A stretch of 64,000 nucleotides of DNA from an uncultured Thermoplasmatales archaeon (GTDB lineage: Archaea; Thermoplasmatota; E2; DHVEG-1): assembly GCA_964612945.1 (NCBI GenBank), contig CAZTFR010000001.1, forward strand, positions 24,418 through 88,417. The letters run 5' to 3'. Shown piece by piece: positions 39,996 through 48,312 of this stretch; within the stretch, counting starts at the first letter, position 1; each line of letters starts with the position of its first letter. Below the pieces are notes generated by a model that saw only the letters and a program-made list of their open reading frames with translations, was not told where the DNA came from and did not search any database. Position numbers and translations under genes: made by a program.

Positions 39996-40391
39996 TTGAT
40001 GGGTATGCGCCGCTTCCGAATTGATAAAGGCACTGAGCATGCGATTTATGATATGTTTAAGTCGCGAGCGGAAGCGCGGATTTATTTGTTTTTGTTACGG
40101 AAGAATGGCGCGCGTAGTGATCAAATAGTAAAGGGCACCCATCTGCATCCGAGTACGGTGCGTGAGTTGTTGGTACGTATGTATCAGCGGCGGGTGATTT
40201 CTCGCAAAAAGCTTCGCAATGATTCTATTGGGAAGAATCCGTATGTGTATCATGTAATCTCTCCCGTAGTATTGCTGCAGAAGTATGCAAGGGAGTTGGA
40301 GGCCCGTTTGAATAAGCTTGCGAATTTATCAGGTGGAGAGAGCAAACATGTGGTGAAAATCAAGATCAGCGGGGGTGATGATAACGCATGA
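39996..40391 (+). CDS. winged-helix transcriptional regulator (TrmB/MarR-like)
   Basis: 131 aa with ARIYLFLLRKNGARSDQIVKGTHLHPSTVRELLVRMYQRRVI wHTH. ATGA overlap with the downstream exporter. Confidence 0.5.
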   Translation: MMGMRRFRIDKGTEHAIYDMFKSRAEARIYLFLLRKNGARSDQIVKGTHLHPSTVRELLVRMYQRRVISRKKLRNDSIGKNPYVYHVISPVVLLQKYARELEARLNKLANLSGGESKHVVKIKISGGDDNA

Positions 40392-42625
40392 TGAGTAAAA
40401 AAATTGCCACGGTGTTGGTGCGTCATCCCAAAATGGTATTGATTGTGTTTACGTTGCTGACGTTGCTGGTTGGTTCTCAGGCTCTGAATGTGTATATGAT
40501 TTCAGATTTATCTGGGTATCTACCAGCGGATCATCCCTCGCTTCAGTTGTGGGATCAGATCAATGAAGAGTTTCAGATTGGGTCAACGATTATGATTTTT
40601 GTTGAGGCAGATGATATTCGTGATCCCTACGTGCTTATTGAGATGGATCGGGTCAGCTCAAAGGTGAATCAGTATGATTTGGATCATGGTGATCTTGATG
40701 GTGTTGTGTCGATTCGAAGTATTGCCAATCTAATAAAAAAGGAAAATGCAAAACCAAAGCTTCCCGGTGGTCTGGGTGGCTCTGGTAAATTTGAGATGCC
40801 AACAGATTCTAGCTTGATTTCTACGTATATGGCTCGCTCGCTAGTCCAGCAAACAGAGGGGTTATTGTTTATCGACAATTTTGAGGTTGCCGTTGTTATC
40901 ATTCAGTTGTCTGATGATGCTGATTATTCAGAGGTATTAAGCCGGGTCGAAGCAGCAATTGATCGCGAGGCTCGATATTCTGATATGATGGTGACAGGTC
41001 TTGCGGCGATGCAGCGTGCGATTCAAGAAGAGAGCATGCAGAGTTTGTTGATTGTCTTTCCGATTGCGATTGCGTTGATTTCTGGGGTGATTTTTTTCTT
41101 CCAACGTACGTTAAAAGGAATTATCATTGTGTTTTTACCGCTGACGTATGCGCTGACGTTGACCTTTGGGGTGATCGCGGTGGTGAATCCAGCGTTGACG
41201 TTGCTTTCAATTGCAGTTGTTGCATTATTGATTGGGCTAGGGGTGGATTATTCGATTCATATTTTGAACCGGTTTGCAGAGGAGAGTACGGTTGATGATA
41301 AGGTTAACCGGGTTTCAAAAACGTTAAAATTGACCGGGAAAGCTGTGTTGCTTTCCTCAATTACTACTATTATTGGTTTTGGTTCGTTGTTGGTCTCAAG
41401 TATGCCACCGATCATTACGTTTGGGTTTGCCTGCGTGATTGGTATCATGTTTTGTTTTATCTCTGCAACAATTGTGGTGCCTTGTTTAGCATTGGTGTTA
41501 AAGTATGAAAAGAATGGTCATACCTATGAGTGGAAACGGGTGTCAAGAATTTCGATTACAAATAAGAAACGATTTGCGTTGCTTGCAGTGTTTTTAGCTG
41601 TGATGTCGCTTGTAGTGCTCCCCCAGATCAAGACTGATGTCAGTTATCTTGAGTTGGCACCGGAGGGTATTCCTGAGGTAGAAAAATATGTGGAGTATGC
41701 TGAGATTTTTGGCGGTGGAACCAATGTCAATTTGATGTTGGTGGAAACTAATTATCAAGGTTTAACCTATCCAGAAACCATTGAAGCAATATATAAGATG
41801 GAAGCGCGGATGCGTGCCGCAGGTGCTACTGTTACCTCTGTTGCAGATGCCCTGTATGATGTCAATGAGGTTTTGAATCGAAATCAGATTATTGAAAAGA
41901 TTGCTGATATTGGTGATGCCGAAGAAATAATTTTCAATTCCATTGCTCGTGAGGGATTGGTAAATGAGGACTATTCGAAAACGGTGTTAATCATCACCTT
42001 TCCGGTAGGTTTGAGTGCAGCCCAGTTAGGGGTCCTTGTCGATGAGATGAATACGATTGCATCAGAAACCTATATTCCACATGGAGGACGAATTTCTCGA
42101 TTGACAGGGCAGGACGCAATCAACGTGGAGATTAATCAATTGTTAACGGATGAGCAGACCCGTTCGATGATTATCGCGTTGCTTTTGGTGTTGTCTATTT
42201 TAATTCTCATTTTTAATTCCAGTCTGTGGGGCTTTCTCACTATGATTCCAGTGATCTTTGTGTTAATTTGGGAGCCTGGATTTCTCGTCATCACCGATAT
42301 ACCTCTGTCTGTTCTCACCATATCTATTGCATCAATTATGATTGGTATTGGTATTGATTATGGTATTCATATCACTCAGCGTGTTCGTGAGGAAATGGAG
42401 TTAGGGCTCTCGAAGATGAAGGCAACAGAGCGGGCAATCGAAAAAACAGGATTTTCACTGGTGGAGGCTTCTGCAACAACCATTGCAGGGCTCTGTTCTG
42501 TATATTTTGTTGATATTCCGGCCTTGCAACAGTTTGGTACCATTGTAATTATTATGACCGCATCATCGCTTGCAGCTGCGATATTTGTGCTGCCTATCTT
42601 TTATAGTCCGCGGTTTGTCAAATAA
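40388..42625 (+). CDS. MMPL/RND-superfamily membrane exporter
   Basis: 745 aa with two 6-TM bundles each followed by a large loop. GLGVDYSIH and GIGIDYGIH duplicated MMPL motifs. Confidence 0.75.
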   Translation: MMSKKIATVLVRHPKMVLIVFTLLTLLVGSQALNVYMISDLSGYLPADHPSLQLWDQINEEFQIGSTIMIFVEADDIRDPYVLIEMDRVSSKVNQYDLDHGDLDGVVSIRSIANLIKKENAKPKLPGGLGGSGKFEMPTDSSLISTYMARSLVQQTEGLLFIDNFEVAVVIIQLSDDADYSEVLSRVEAAIDREARYSDMMVTGLAAMQRAIQEESMQSLLIVFPIAIALISGVIFFFQRTLKGIIIVFLPLTYALTLTFGVIAVVNPALTLLSIAVVALLIGLGVDYSIHILNRFAEESTVDDKVNRVSKTLKLTGKAVLLSSITTIIGFGSLLVSSMPPIITFGFACVIGIMFCFISATIVVPCLALVLKYEKNGHTYEWKRVSRISITNKKRFALLAVFLAVMSLVVLPQIKTDVSYLELAPEGIPEVEKYVEYAEIFGGGTNVNLMLVETNYQGLTYPETIEAIYKMEARMRAAGATVTSVADALYDVNEVLNRNQIIEKIADIGDAEEIIFNSIAREGLVNEDYSKTVLIITFPVGLSAAQLGVLVDEMNTIASETYIPHGGRISRLTGQDAINVEINQLLTDEQTRSMIIALLLVLSILILIFNSSLWGFLTMIPVIFVLIWEPGFLVITDIPLSVLTISIASIMIGIGIDYGIHITQRVREEMELGLSKMKATERAIEKTGFSLVEASATTIAGLCSVYFVDIPALQQFGTIVIIMTASSLAAAIFVLPIFYSPRFVK

Positions 42626-42891
42626 GATGCTTCATGTTTTTCTCGTAGGAAATAGAATCTTGTGGAAAAAGGGAACATCAAAGCAAATATTCCCAAAAAT
42701 AATGATAATACCAAGCAGTAACTCAAAGGTATAGGATGCATTGTTGTATAAGTAGCCCGAGATATACCAGTTACTGATAAAAAAAACCCCTGATACCACT
42801 GGAAGACTAATGAGTAGGGGCGTTATGAGCAGTTCGATGCGTATTCTTTTTTTTGTTTGTGTGGAGGTCATCGTATCGTCTTCCTCTTGTT

Positions 42892-43554
42892 TTAGAGTGG
42901 TTGGATGAGGGGAGATGGAAGAATGTTTACCCCGGTGAGTAATACTGCTTGCCAGAAGAGAACGAGCAGTATTGCAGGGAAGAGTTGAATGAGCATATCA
43001 TCATCAATGAAGCGAAATTTTTTCACTTCGCCAAGCAGAGCACCTGTTGCCCCAAGCAGAGTAATGGTTGCAAGAATCAGTGGTGGTTCGGTGCTCCAGG
43101 TGATAGCAAAAAAGAAGCAGCAGAGAAGAAAACCCATCAGTAGGGCAAGAAACTGCGTGGTATGCTGTCTGAGTTCTCCCATAAGCGGATCGGCAAAGCA
43201 AGCGCAGAGAATGCATGGTATAGCAATAGGTTGGGGAAAGAAGAACAACAGTATGATCATTCCTGTACCAAAGTAGATGTAGCTTGCAGGCTGCCGGTGT
43301 TCATAGCATCTCAGACCGAAGAAATGGATGCTGTCTATTTTTTTGGTAATGCGAAGATATTCAAGGAGAAGCACGAGCAGAAAGAAAGCGGCGGGAATAC
43401 TAATTCGAAGAGTGGCATCCGGCAGTTTATAATAAATGAGAAACGAGGCAGCAAAACTATGAAAGATACGTCGAAACCAGACTGCATCGATAGTAAGATG
43501 CTGAGATGGTGCAAATGCAGTGATCATAGTAGTATAAGCAAACAGAGTAACCAT
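42892..43554 (-). CDS. polytopic membrane protein, possibly CTP-dependent polyprenol/dolichol kinase-like (weak)
   Basis: 220 aa with 6-7 TM helices. CFADPLMGELRQ loosely resembles the CdsA/dolichol-kinase GDxxAxxxG region. Confidence 0.25.
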   Translation of the reverse strand: MVTLFAYTTMITAFAPSQHLTIDAVWFRRIFHSFAASFLIYYKLPDATLRISIPAAFFLLVLLLEYLRITKKIDSIHFFGLRCYEHRQPASYIYFGTGMIILLFFFPQPIAIPCILCACFADPLMGELRQHTTQFLALLMGFLLCCFFFAITWSTEPPLILATITLLGATGALLGEVKKFRFIDDDMLIQLFPAILLVLFWQAVLLTGVNILPSPLIQPL

Positions 43555-43614
43555 GTTTAAAAGATTTGCATATTTTTCAGGCTGGTTAAACTCTTGTAGT
43601 AGAGGTATGATGTC

Positions 43615-44055
43615 GTGTTTGTGCCCGATGAGGATCTTGCCGAGCAGGTAAAGGAGTTAAACAGCCGTATTATGGAGTTGGAACGGATGCTTTCGGCAAT
43701 GATAGGTCCGTTTCAAAAGGTGCAGAATGTAACAGGAAATTATTTCCGATTAATTCAGCTGTTACTGGAGCATGGCGGCCTTACCCCTGATGTGCTAACA
43801 CCTGATGTAAAAGATCCTATTGCACGAGATATCGTCCGGGTACTGATGGATCGCACTGATCAAAACATTTCAGAAATCACCGAGTTGGTGCGGAGTCGTC
43901 GGGGAACAGCGTCTCGTCGGATTATCCGAAAAAAGCTTGGTACGTTGGAAGAAAAAAAATTAGTTGAAAAAAAACAAAAAGCATCACGGTATGTATATCG
44001 ATTATCTGAAGAAATGTTAAAGAAATGGTCCAAATTACTTGGGTTGAAGATATAA
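43615..44055 (+). CDS. winged-helix transcriptional regulator-like protein
   Basis: IARDIVRVLMDRTDQNISEITELVRSRRGTASRRIIRKKLGTLEEKKLVEKK helix-turn-helix-wing pattern. Confidence 0.45.
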   Translation: MFVPDEDLAEQVKELNSRIMELERMLSAMIGPFQKVQNVTGNYFRLIQLLLEHGGLTPDVLTPDVKDPIARDIVRVLMDRTDQNISEITELVRSRRGTASRRIIRKKLGTLEEKKLVEKKQKASRYVYRLSEEMLKKWSKLLGLKI

Positions 44056-44088
44056 AGATGATAAAAAAAAGCTGGAGGTTGAAATAAG

Positions 44089-44361
44089 ATGAATAAACAT
44101 GAAGAAATGCCCGATCCGGAGAAAATTAAGGAGATCTTAAATGTGGTATCTGAAAAAATACCGGGGTTGTTAAAACAACTTAGTGAAGTCATTTATGGTG
44201 CGGAGCAATCCAAACAGTATGGACTTGCGGTGGCCACGTTTTACAAAGAGCTGAAGGCTGCAGGGATGACAGATGCACAGGCCTTTGAGTTAACCCGGCA
44301 GTATCTATCTACGTTAAATGTCGGACAGATGGTGAAAGGATTTCGGCATGAGAAAGAGTAA
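44089..44361 (+). CDS. small helical protein, paralog A of a tandem pair
   Basis: 90 aa. Shares the pattern IPGLL..LS.......K........F...L.A.G..D..A.ELT..YL with the next ORF. Confidence 0.4.
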   Translation: MNKHEEMPDPEKIKEILNVVSEKIPGLLKQLSEVIYGAEQSKQYGLAVATFYKELKAAGMTDAQAFELTRQYLSTLNVGQMVKGFRHEKE

Positions 44362-44375
44362 GCTGGGGCTGATGT

Positions 44376-44633
44376 GTGGTGAGTGTCTCCTCTGATTCCG
44401 ATTCCTCCTCGCAGGGTTTTCAAATGATGAAGGTGCTCCTGCCTCATCTTCCTGGTCTTTTACTTCGGATGAGTGGAACCTTGTTACGGTTTAAGCGAGA
44501 TGCAAAAAAGGCAGGGCGTCTTTTTCAGCAAACATTGAGAGCGGAAGGTTTGGATGAAAAAACTGCAGAGGAGTTAACTTCGGTGTATCTTGAAAATAGC
44601 AATATTTTTCGATTTTTTGAATTTTTCAAATAA
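44376..44633 (+). CDS. small helical protein, paralog B of a tandem pair
   Basis: 85 aa. LPGLLLRMS...AEGLDEKTAEELTSVYL aligns with paralog A. Confidence 0.4.
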   Translation: MVSVSSDSDSSSQGFQMMKVLLPHLPGLLLRMSGTLLRFKRDAKKAGRLFQQTLRAEGLDEKTAEELTSVYLENSNIFRFFEFFK

Positions 44634-44649
44634 AAAAATGGTAGGCGTG

Positions 44650-45351
44650 TTAGATTACTTTCTCCTGGAGGGTAACAATTCCCTGTTTACTTCCAACAAT
44701 GACTTCATCAACAAGATCGATAAAGAGTCCGTTTTCTACAACGCCCGGGATGAGGTTGAGTGTTTGTTCGAGGATGTCAGGTTCTTTGATTTTTCCAAAG
44801 TCACAGTCGAGTATGTAGTTTGCATTATCGGTAATGTAGACTTCTCCTACGATTTTTCGCAGTTCAGCAGTGCACCCGAGTTCTTCAATTGATTTTTTTG
44901 TGGCCGGCCAGGCATATTTGACGACTTCTACAGGTATTGGTGTATCAATGCCGAGTGCTTTTACTACTTTGGATTCATCGGCGATGATGATTACTTTTTC
45001 AGAGTGATACGCAACGATTTTTTCTCGTGTCAGTGCACCTCCTCCCCCTTTAATGACATTAAGATAGGAGTCCACTTCATCAGCGCCGTCGATTGTGACA
45101 TCAATTTCGGTGAACTCATTGAACTCGGTGAGTGGTATATTGTATTTTTTGGCTACTTTTTTTGTTTTCACTGAGGTAGGCACTCCTTCGATTTTCAGCC
45201 CGTCTTTGACCAGTTCTCCGAGTTTTTTGAGCATAAATTGAGCAGTTGATCCGGTACCAAGACCGATGGTCATATTGTCTTCAATAAATTCTAGTGCTTT
45301 TTCTGCGGCTTGTTTTTTCATATCATCTTGATCCACGAGGTCACCGTACAC
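44650..45351 (-). CDS. rpiA: ribose-5-phosphate isomerase A
   Basis: IGLGTGSTAQF, DGADEVD, KGGGGALTREK and PGVVENGLF motifs. Confidence 0.85.
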   Translation of the reverse strand: MYGDLVDQDDMKKQAAEKALEFIEDNMTIGLGTGSTAQFMLKKLGELVKDGLKIEGVPTSVKTKKVAKKYNIPLTEFNEFTEIDVTIDGADEVDSYLNVIKGGGGALTREKIVAYHSEKVIIIADESKVVKALGIDTPIPVEVVKYAWPATKKSIEELGCTAELRKIVGEVYITDNANYILDCDFGKIKEPDILEQTLNLIPGVVENGLFIDLVDEVIVGSKQGIVTLQEKVI

Positions 45352-45416
45352 AGGTATACAAAATCCTATACAAAAACCTTATACTTGGGAGGGACTTTAC
45401 AGGGGGCTTGAGAGTT

Positions 45417-46082
45417 ATGCTTGCCGAATGCAATGAACATGGATATTTCAGAGGTGATGTCTGTCCTATTTGTGGGCAGAAAGGAAAATTCTTGATGAAT
45501 GATCGAGAGCTTGACTCGCTTGGTCGTATTATGGCGGGTGTGCTGCGGCATTTCCCAGAAAAATTGGGTGTCATGATTGATGGTCATGGCTGGGTAGATA
45601 TCTCTGAGTTTGTGGAAAAAATCGGGGGGAGTCGATCTGGTTTTAATTGGCTGCGTGATCATCACGTTGAGGCTATTGCGCTGTCTGATCCAAAGGGGCG
45701 ATATCAGATTGATGGGGGTATGATTCGGGCGACCTATGGTCATACCATTGATATTAATCTTGATGACTTGCCGGACGCAGAGCTTGATGAATATTTTTAT
45801 CCGGTGACTGAGGAAGAAATTGATATTATTTTAGAAAATGGGTTGAATCCGATTGATCGGAAGCATGTGCATTTGAGTGGTAATATTGAAAAAGCCTTGG
45901 AGGCAGGTCATGTCCGCACCGAGGATCCGTTGATTCTGCGTATTGATGGTAAAAAAGCAATACAGGATGGTGTGCAGATATATGAAGCGGGTAGAGCGGT
46001 GTATATCACAGACCGTGTGGATGCGAAGTATCTTTCCAAAGTTGATGAAAAAGAGGTAAAAAAGGCCTTGGAAAAAGATTAA
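45417..46082 (+). CDS. kptA: RNA 2'-phosphotransferase (KptA/Tpt1) with N-terminal CxxC zinc-ribbon
   Basis: LSDPKGRYQIDGGMIRATYGHTIDI and RKHVHLSGN catalytic R/H motifs. N-terminal CNEHG...CPICG. Start taken at Met 45417 to avoid overlap with rpiA. Confidence 0.75.
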   Translation: MLAECNEHGYFRGDVCPICGQKGKFLMNDRELDSLGRIMAGVLRHFPEKLGVMIDGHGWVDISEFVEKIGGSRSGFNWLRDHHVEAIALSDPKGRYQIDGGMIRATYGHTIDINLDDLPDAELDEYFYPVTEEEIDIILENGLNPIDRKHVHLSGNIEKALEAGHVRTEDPLILRIDGKKAIQDGVQIYEAGRAVYITDRVDAKYLSKVDEKEVKKALEKD

Positions 46083-46137
46083 TACTCTCTTTTTTTTCCC
46101 ATTGCTCACAGTGCATTTGAGAGGTTGTCTTTTTATG

Positions 46138-46211
46138 GGCTTGTAGCTCAGCTAGGTAGAGCAATCGGCTCTTAACCGATTGGCCTGGGGTTCGAATCCC
46201 CACAAGCCCGC
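46138..46211 (+). tRNA. tRNA-Lys (anticodon CUU)
   Basis: Hand-folded cloverleaf. Acceptor GGGCTTG/CAAGCCC. D-arm GCTC-AGCTAGGTA-GAGC. Anticodon stem ATCGG/CCGAT with loop CTCTTAA. T-arm TGGGG-TTCGAAT-CCCCA. Discriminator G. No encoded CCA. Confidence 0.85.
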
Positions 46212-46256
46212 TGTATTTATTCAAGGATTTTTAAACTCTCATAAAAAATTATGGAT

Positions 46257-46982
46257 TTATTGGTTTTTCAATTCTCTTGTTTTTTGTGCTGAATATACCA
46301 AAATGAATAATAAAAACATATCTGCAACTAACAAAAAAATGTAGAAGGGGATACTAACAAAGTACCAAACTACCATAGATCCGAAGATAATGATAAATCC
46401 ACCAATTCCAGCTATTAATATAGTTGAAAGCCAGAGATATTGTATTTTTTCTTGGGTACTTATCATGTCCATATTATCCTGAAGTTTTTTGCGCATAGTT
46501 AAGAAATCTAAAATAGGAAACCAAATTAATCCCAAATAATAGATGCCGAAAGTATTTATTACTACTAGAAATAATAGGAAAAGAAAGAAAAGCAGATCTG
46601 TAATAGTTATTTTTTCATACGTTAAATACGAGATAATAAAAAAAGATAAAAAGACAGAGCAAATTATAATAAAAACTCCGGTATGGACTTTTTTCCATTT
46701 CAATGATCTTCGTTTTCTCTTTTGAGTTTCTCCTTTGTCTATGTAGGAGATAGCTTCATGCCATGCTTCATCTTCTGTTTTCTCAGGTAGTTTTCTTTTA
46801 TTTTTCAATTCTTTGTAAAATTGGTCGTATGCCAATTCAGAATCAAATTCAAGTGGTGTACCCTTCCAACCGCAGTTTTTGCAGGTCATTTTGAAAGATT
46901 CAACCGGAGGTAAGCTTTCTCGTATGTAACTTTGTTCAATTTCAGTACCTCCACACACAGGACATGCTTTTATTACAATCAT
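46257..46982 (-). CDS. membrane protein with N-terminal zinc-ribbon
   Basis: CPVCGG...CKNCGW zinc-ribbon followed by 4-5 TM helices. Confidence 0.4.
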   Translation of the reverse strand: MIVIKACPVCGGTEIEQSYIRESLPPVESFKMTCKNCGWKGTPLEFDSELAYDQFYKELKNKRKLPEKTEDEAWHEAISYIDKGETQKRKRRSLKWKKVHTGVFIIICSVFLSFFIISYLTYEKITITDLLFFLFLLFLVVINTFGIYYLGLIWFPILDFLTMRKKLQDNMDMISTQEKIQYLWLSTILIAGIGGFIIIFGSMVVWYFVSIPFYIFLLVADMFLLFILVYSAQKTRELKNQ

Positions 46983-47099
46983 TTTGCGTCCCGTTGATGA
47001 GATATTATGTAAGTTATTAATATCTATCGAAAAACCTCTTGGTGAGTAGCCTTTTTATAAGTATTAAGTGATTTCAATTATTGTACCATAGCACAGACT

Positions 47100-47444
47100 T
47101 TGTGTTTTTTGGTGGTGAACGTTATTCGCAAGAAATGCCCCGAATGTGGTGGTAAAGCAGTGCGCTTGTATCAAAATAAGACAGTGGATGGCAAACGTAA
47201 ATGGGTGCCAATTGCGTGGACGTGTACTAAGTGTAGCTATACGTATACTGTTGCCGGTGATACCCTGTTATATCCCGTAGGTGGTGAGCAATATAAAGAG
47301 GAATACGGTGGTCACTGTCCGAAATGTGATCTTAGACTTATCAGAGTGTTTCGTCATAAAAACCCGGTGCATGGCAAGCAGGAATGGATTTCATCTGCGT
47401 ATTATTGTAGTCGCTGTAAGTATGTGTGGTTGGATAAAAAGTAG
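47100..47444 (+). CDS. tandem double zinc-ribbon protein
   Basis: Two internally repeated modules. CPECGGKAVRLYQNKTVDGKRKWVPIAWTCTKCSYTY and CPKCDLRLIRVFRHKNPVHGKQEWISSAYYCSRCKYVW. Confidence 0.4.
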   Translation: MCFLVVNVIRKKCPECGGKAVRLYQNKTVDGKRKWVPIAWTCTKCSYTYTVAGDTLLYPVGGEQYKEEYGGHCPKCDLRLIRVFRHKNPVHGKQEWISSAYYCSRCKYVWLDKK

Positions 47445-47468
47445 TTTGATCTTTTGTTCTTGTTGATA

Positions 47469-47504
47469 CCCTAAAACATTTAAATAGAACTATCTGTTTT
47501 AGGG
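47469..47504. promoter_or_regulatory. perfect 10-bp inverted repeat enclosing a TATA-like element upstream of L41e
   Basis: CCCTAAAACA-TTTAAATAGAACTATC-TGTTTTAGGG. The loop contains TTTAAATA about 45 nt upstream of the L41e ATG. GAGG lies 8 nt before the ATG. Confidence 0.35.
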
Positions 47505-47528
47505 CACGATATATTCAGAGGATACTAG

Positions 47529-47627
47529 AATGAAACGTAGTTCACGAGTATGGAAAAAACGCGGCCGTATGCGCTGGAAATGGCGAAAGAAACGAATGCG
47601 ACGAGAAAAACGCAGTCGGCGGAAGTA
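47529..47627 (+). CDS. rpl41e: ribosomal protein L41e (32 aa, highly basic), absent from the ORF track
   Basis: Translates to MKRSSRVWKKRGRMRWKWRKKRMRREKRSRRK. Matches the L41e K/R-rich consensus (…KWRKKRMRRLKRKRR…). Archaea/eukaryote-specific protein. Confidence 0.75.
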
Positions 47628-47653
47628 AGTAATCTGAGTATATCTTTGATACT

Positions 47654-47793
47654 CTGGGAGCATGGTGTAACCCGGCATCATTGTGGGCTCCAGTTAGGAA
47701 TGATTACAACAGGGTCATCTGATTTGGTGATGAGTAACTGGAGCGATGACCTAAGAAGAGACCCGCCGATCTGGGTTCAAATCCCAGTGCTCC
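47654..47793 (+). tRNA. intron-containing tRNA, most consistent with tRNA-Gln (CUG) carrying two introns
   Basis: Canonical acceptor GGGAGCA/TGCTCCC plus A. T-arm CTGGG-TTCAAAT-CCCAG. Candidate anticodon stem GGGTC/GACCC with loop AT-CUG-A interrupted by a 36-nt insert at 37/38. A second insert of about 31 nt lies between the D-arm and the anticodon stem. Exons total 73 nt. Confidence 0.55.
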
Positions 47794-47824
47794 CATACCG
47801 AATTGATTAAATACTACCTTTGAG

Positions 47825-48061
47825 GTGCATGAACATATGGCGATGGAAAATCCCTTTCAAACAGCAACGCTTTCCTGGAAACTCATCTTATCTGTTATTG
47901 TCATTATTATTGGTGTTGGTTATTGGCTCTATTGGGGGCTTACCTACAACGTATGGATGGATATCGGCATCTACTCTGTTACTATCTTTTTTGTCCTTTC
48001 TGGTATTTGCGGTCTCCTTCTGTTTTTATTAGGATCAAACACGCAATCACAAGACATATAA
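47825..48061 (+). CDS. small 2-TM membrane protein
   Basis: 78 aa with two hydrophobic helices. An overlapping alternative frame 47820..48032 makes the exact frame uncertain. Confidence 0.25.
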   Translation: MHEHMAMENPFQTATLSWKLILSVIVIIIGVGYWLYWGLTYNVWMDIGIYSVTIFFVLSGICGLLLFLLGSNTQSQDI

Positions 48062-48102
48062 CATCTCCCCCTAAAAACAACCAAAAGATTTAAATAGTAT
48101 AT

Positions 48103-48312
48103 ATGATAATGGTGAAGCGGATGGAACAAGACGACCTGTTAAAAAAATATTCTGGTGAATGGATCGTACTCTTTAATGACGAAATCGTAGATCACAGTTA
48201 CAATCTTGAGGATATGCTTAAAGTAGTTGATGAAAAATATTCTTCGGATAAGCGACCGGAAGACCAGATAAAAATATCAAAAGTCTTATCTGGGAACATT
48301 CATTTACACTGA
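48103..48312 (+). CDS. small protein (DUF5678-like) coupled to the retropepsin gene
   Basis: 69 aa (GEWIVLFNDEIVDHSYNLEDMLKVVDEKY). Its stop abuts the GTG start of the next gene. Confidence 0.4.
   Translation: MIMVKRMEQDDLLKKYSGEWIVLFNDEIVDHSYNLEDMLKVVDEKYSSDKRPEDQIKISKVLSGNIHLH

Noticed and set aside
47686-47743. 7-bp complementarity GCTCCAG/CTGGAGC between the two tRNA introns as evidence of a designed inter-intron helix
   Set aside because: By rough estimate a perfect 7-mer complement is expected about once in every second 140-nt sequence, so it is noted but not claimed as significant.
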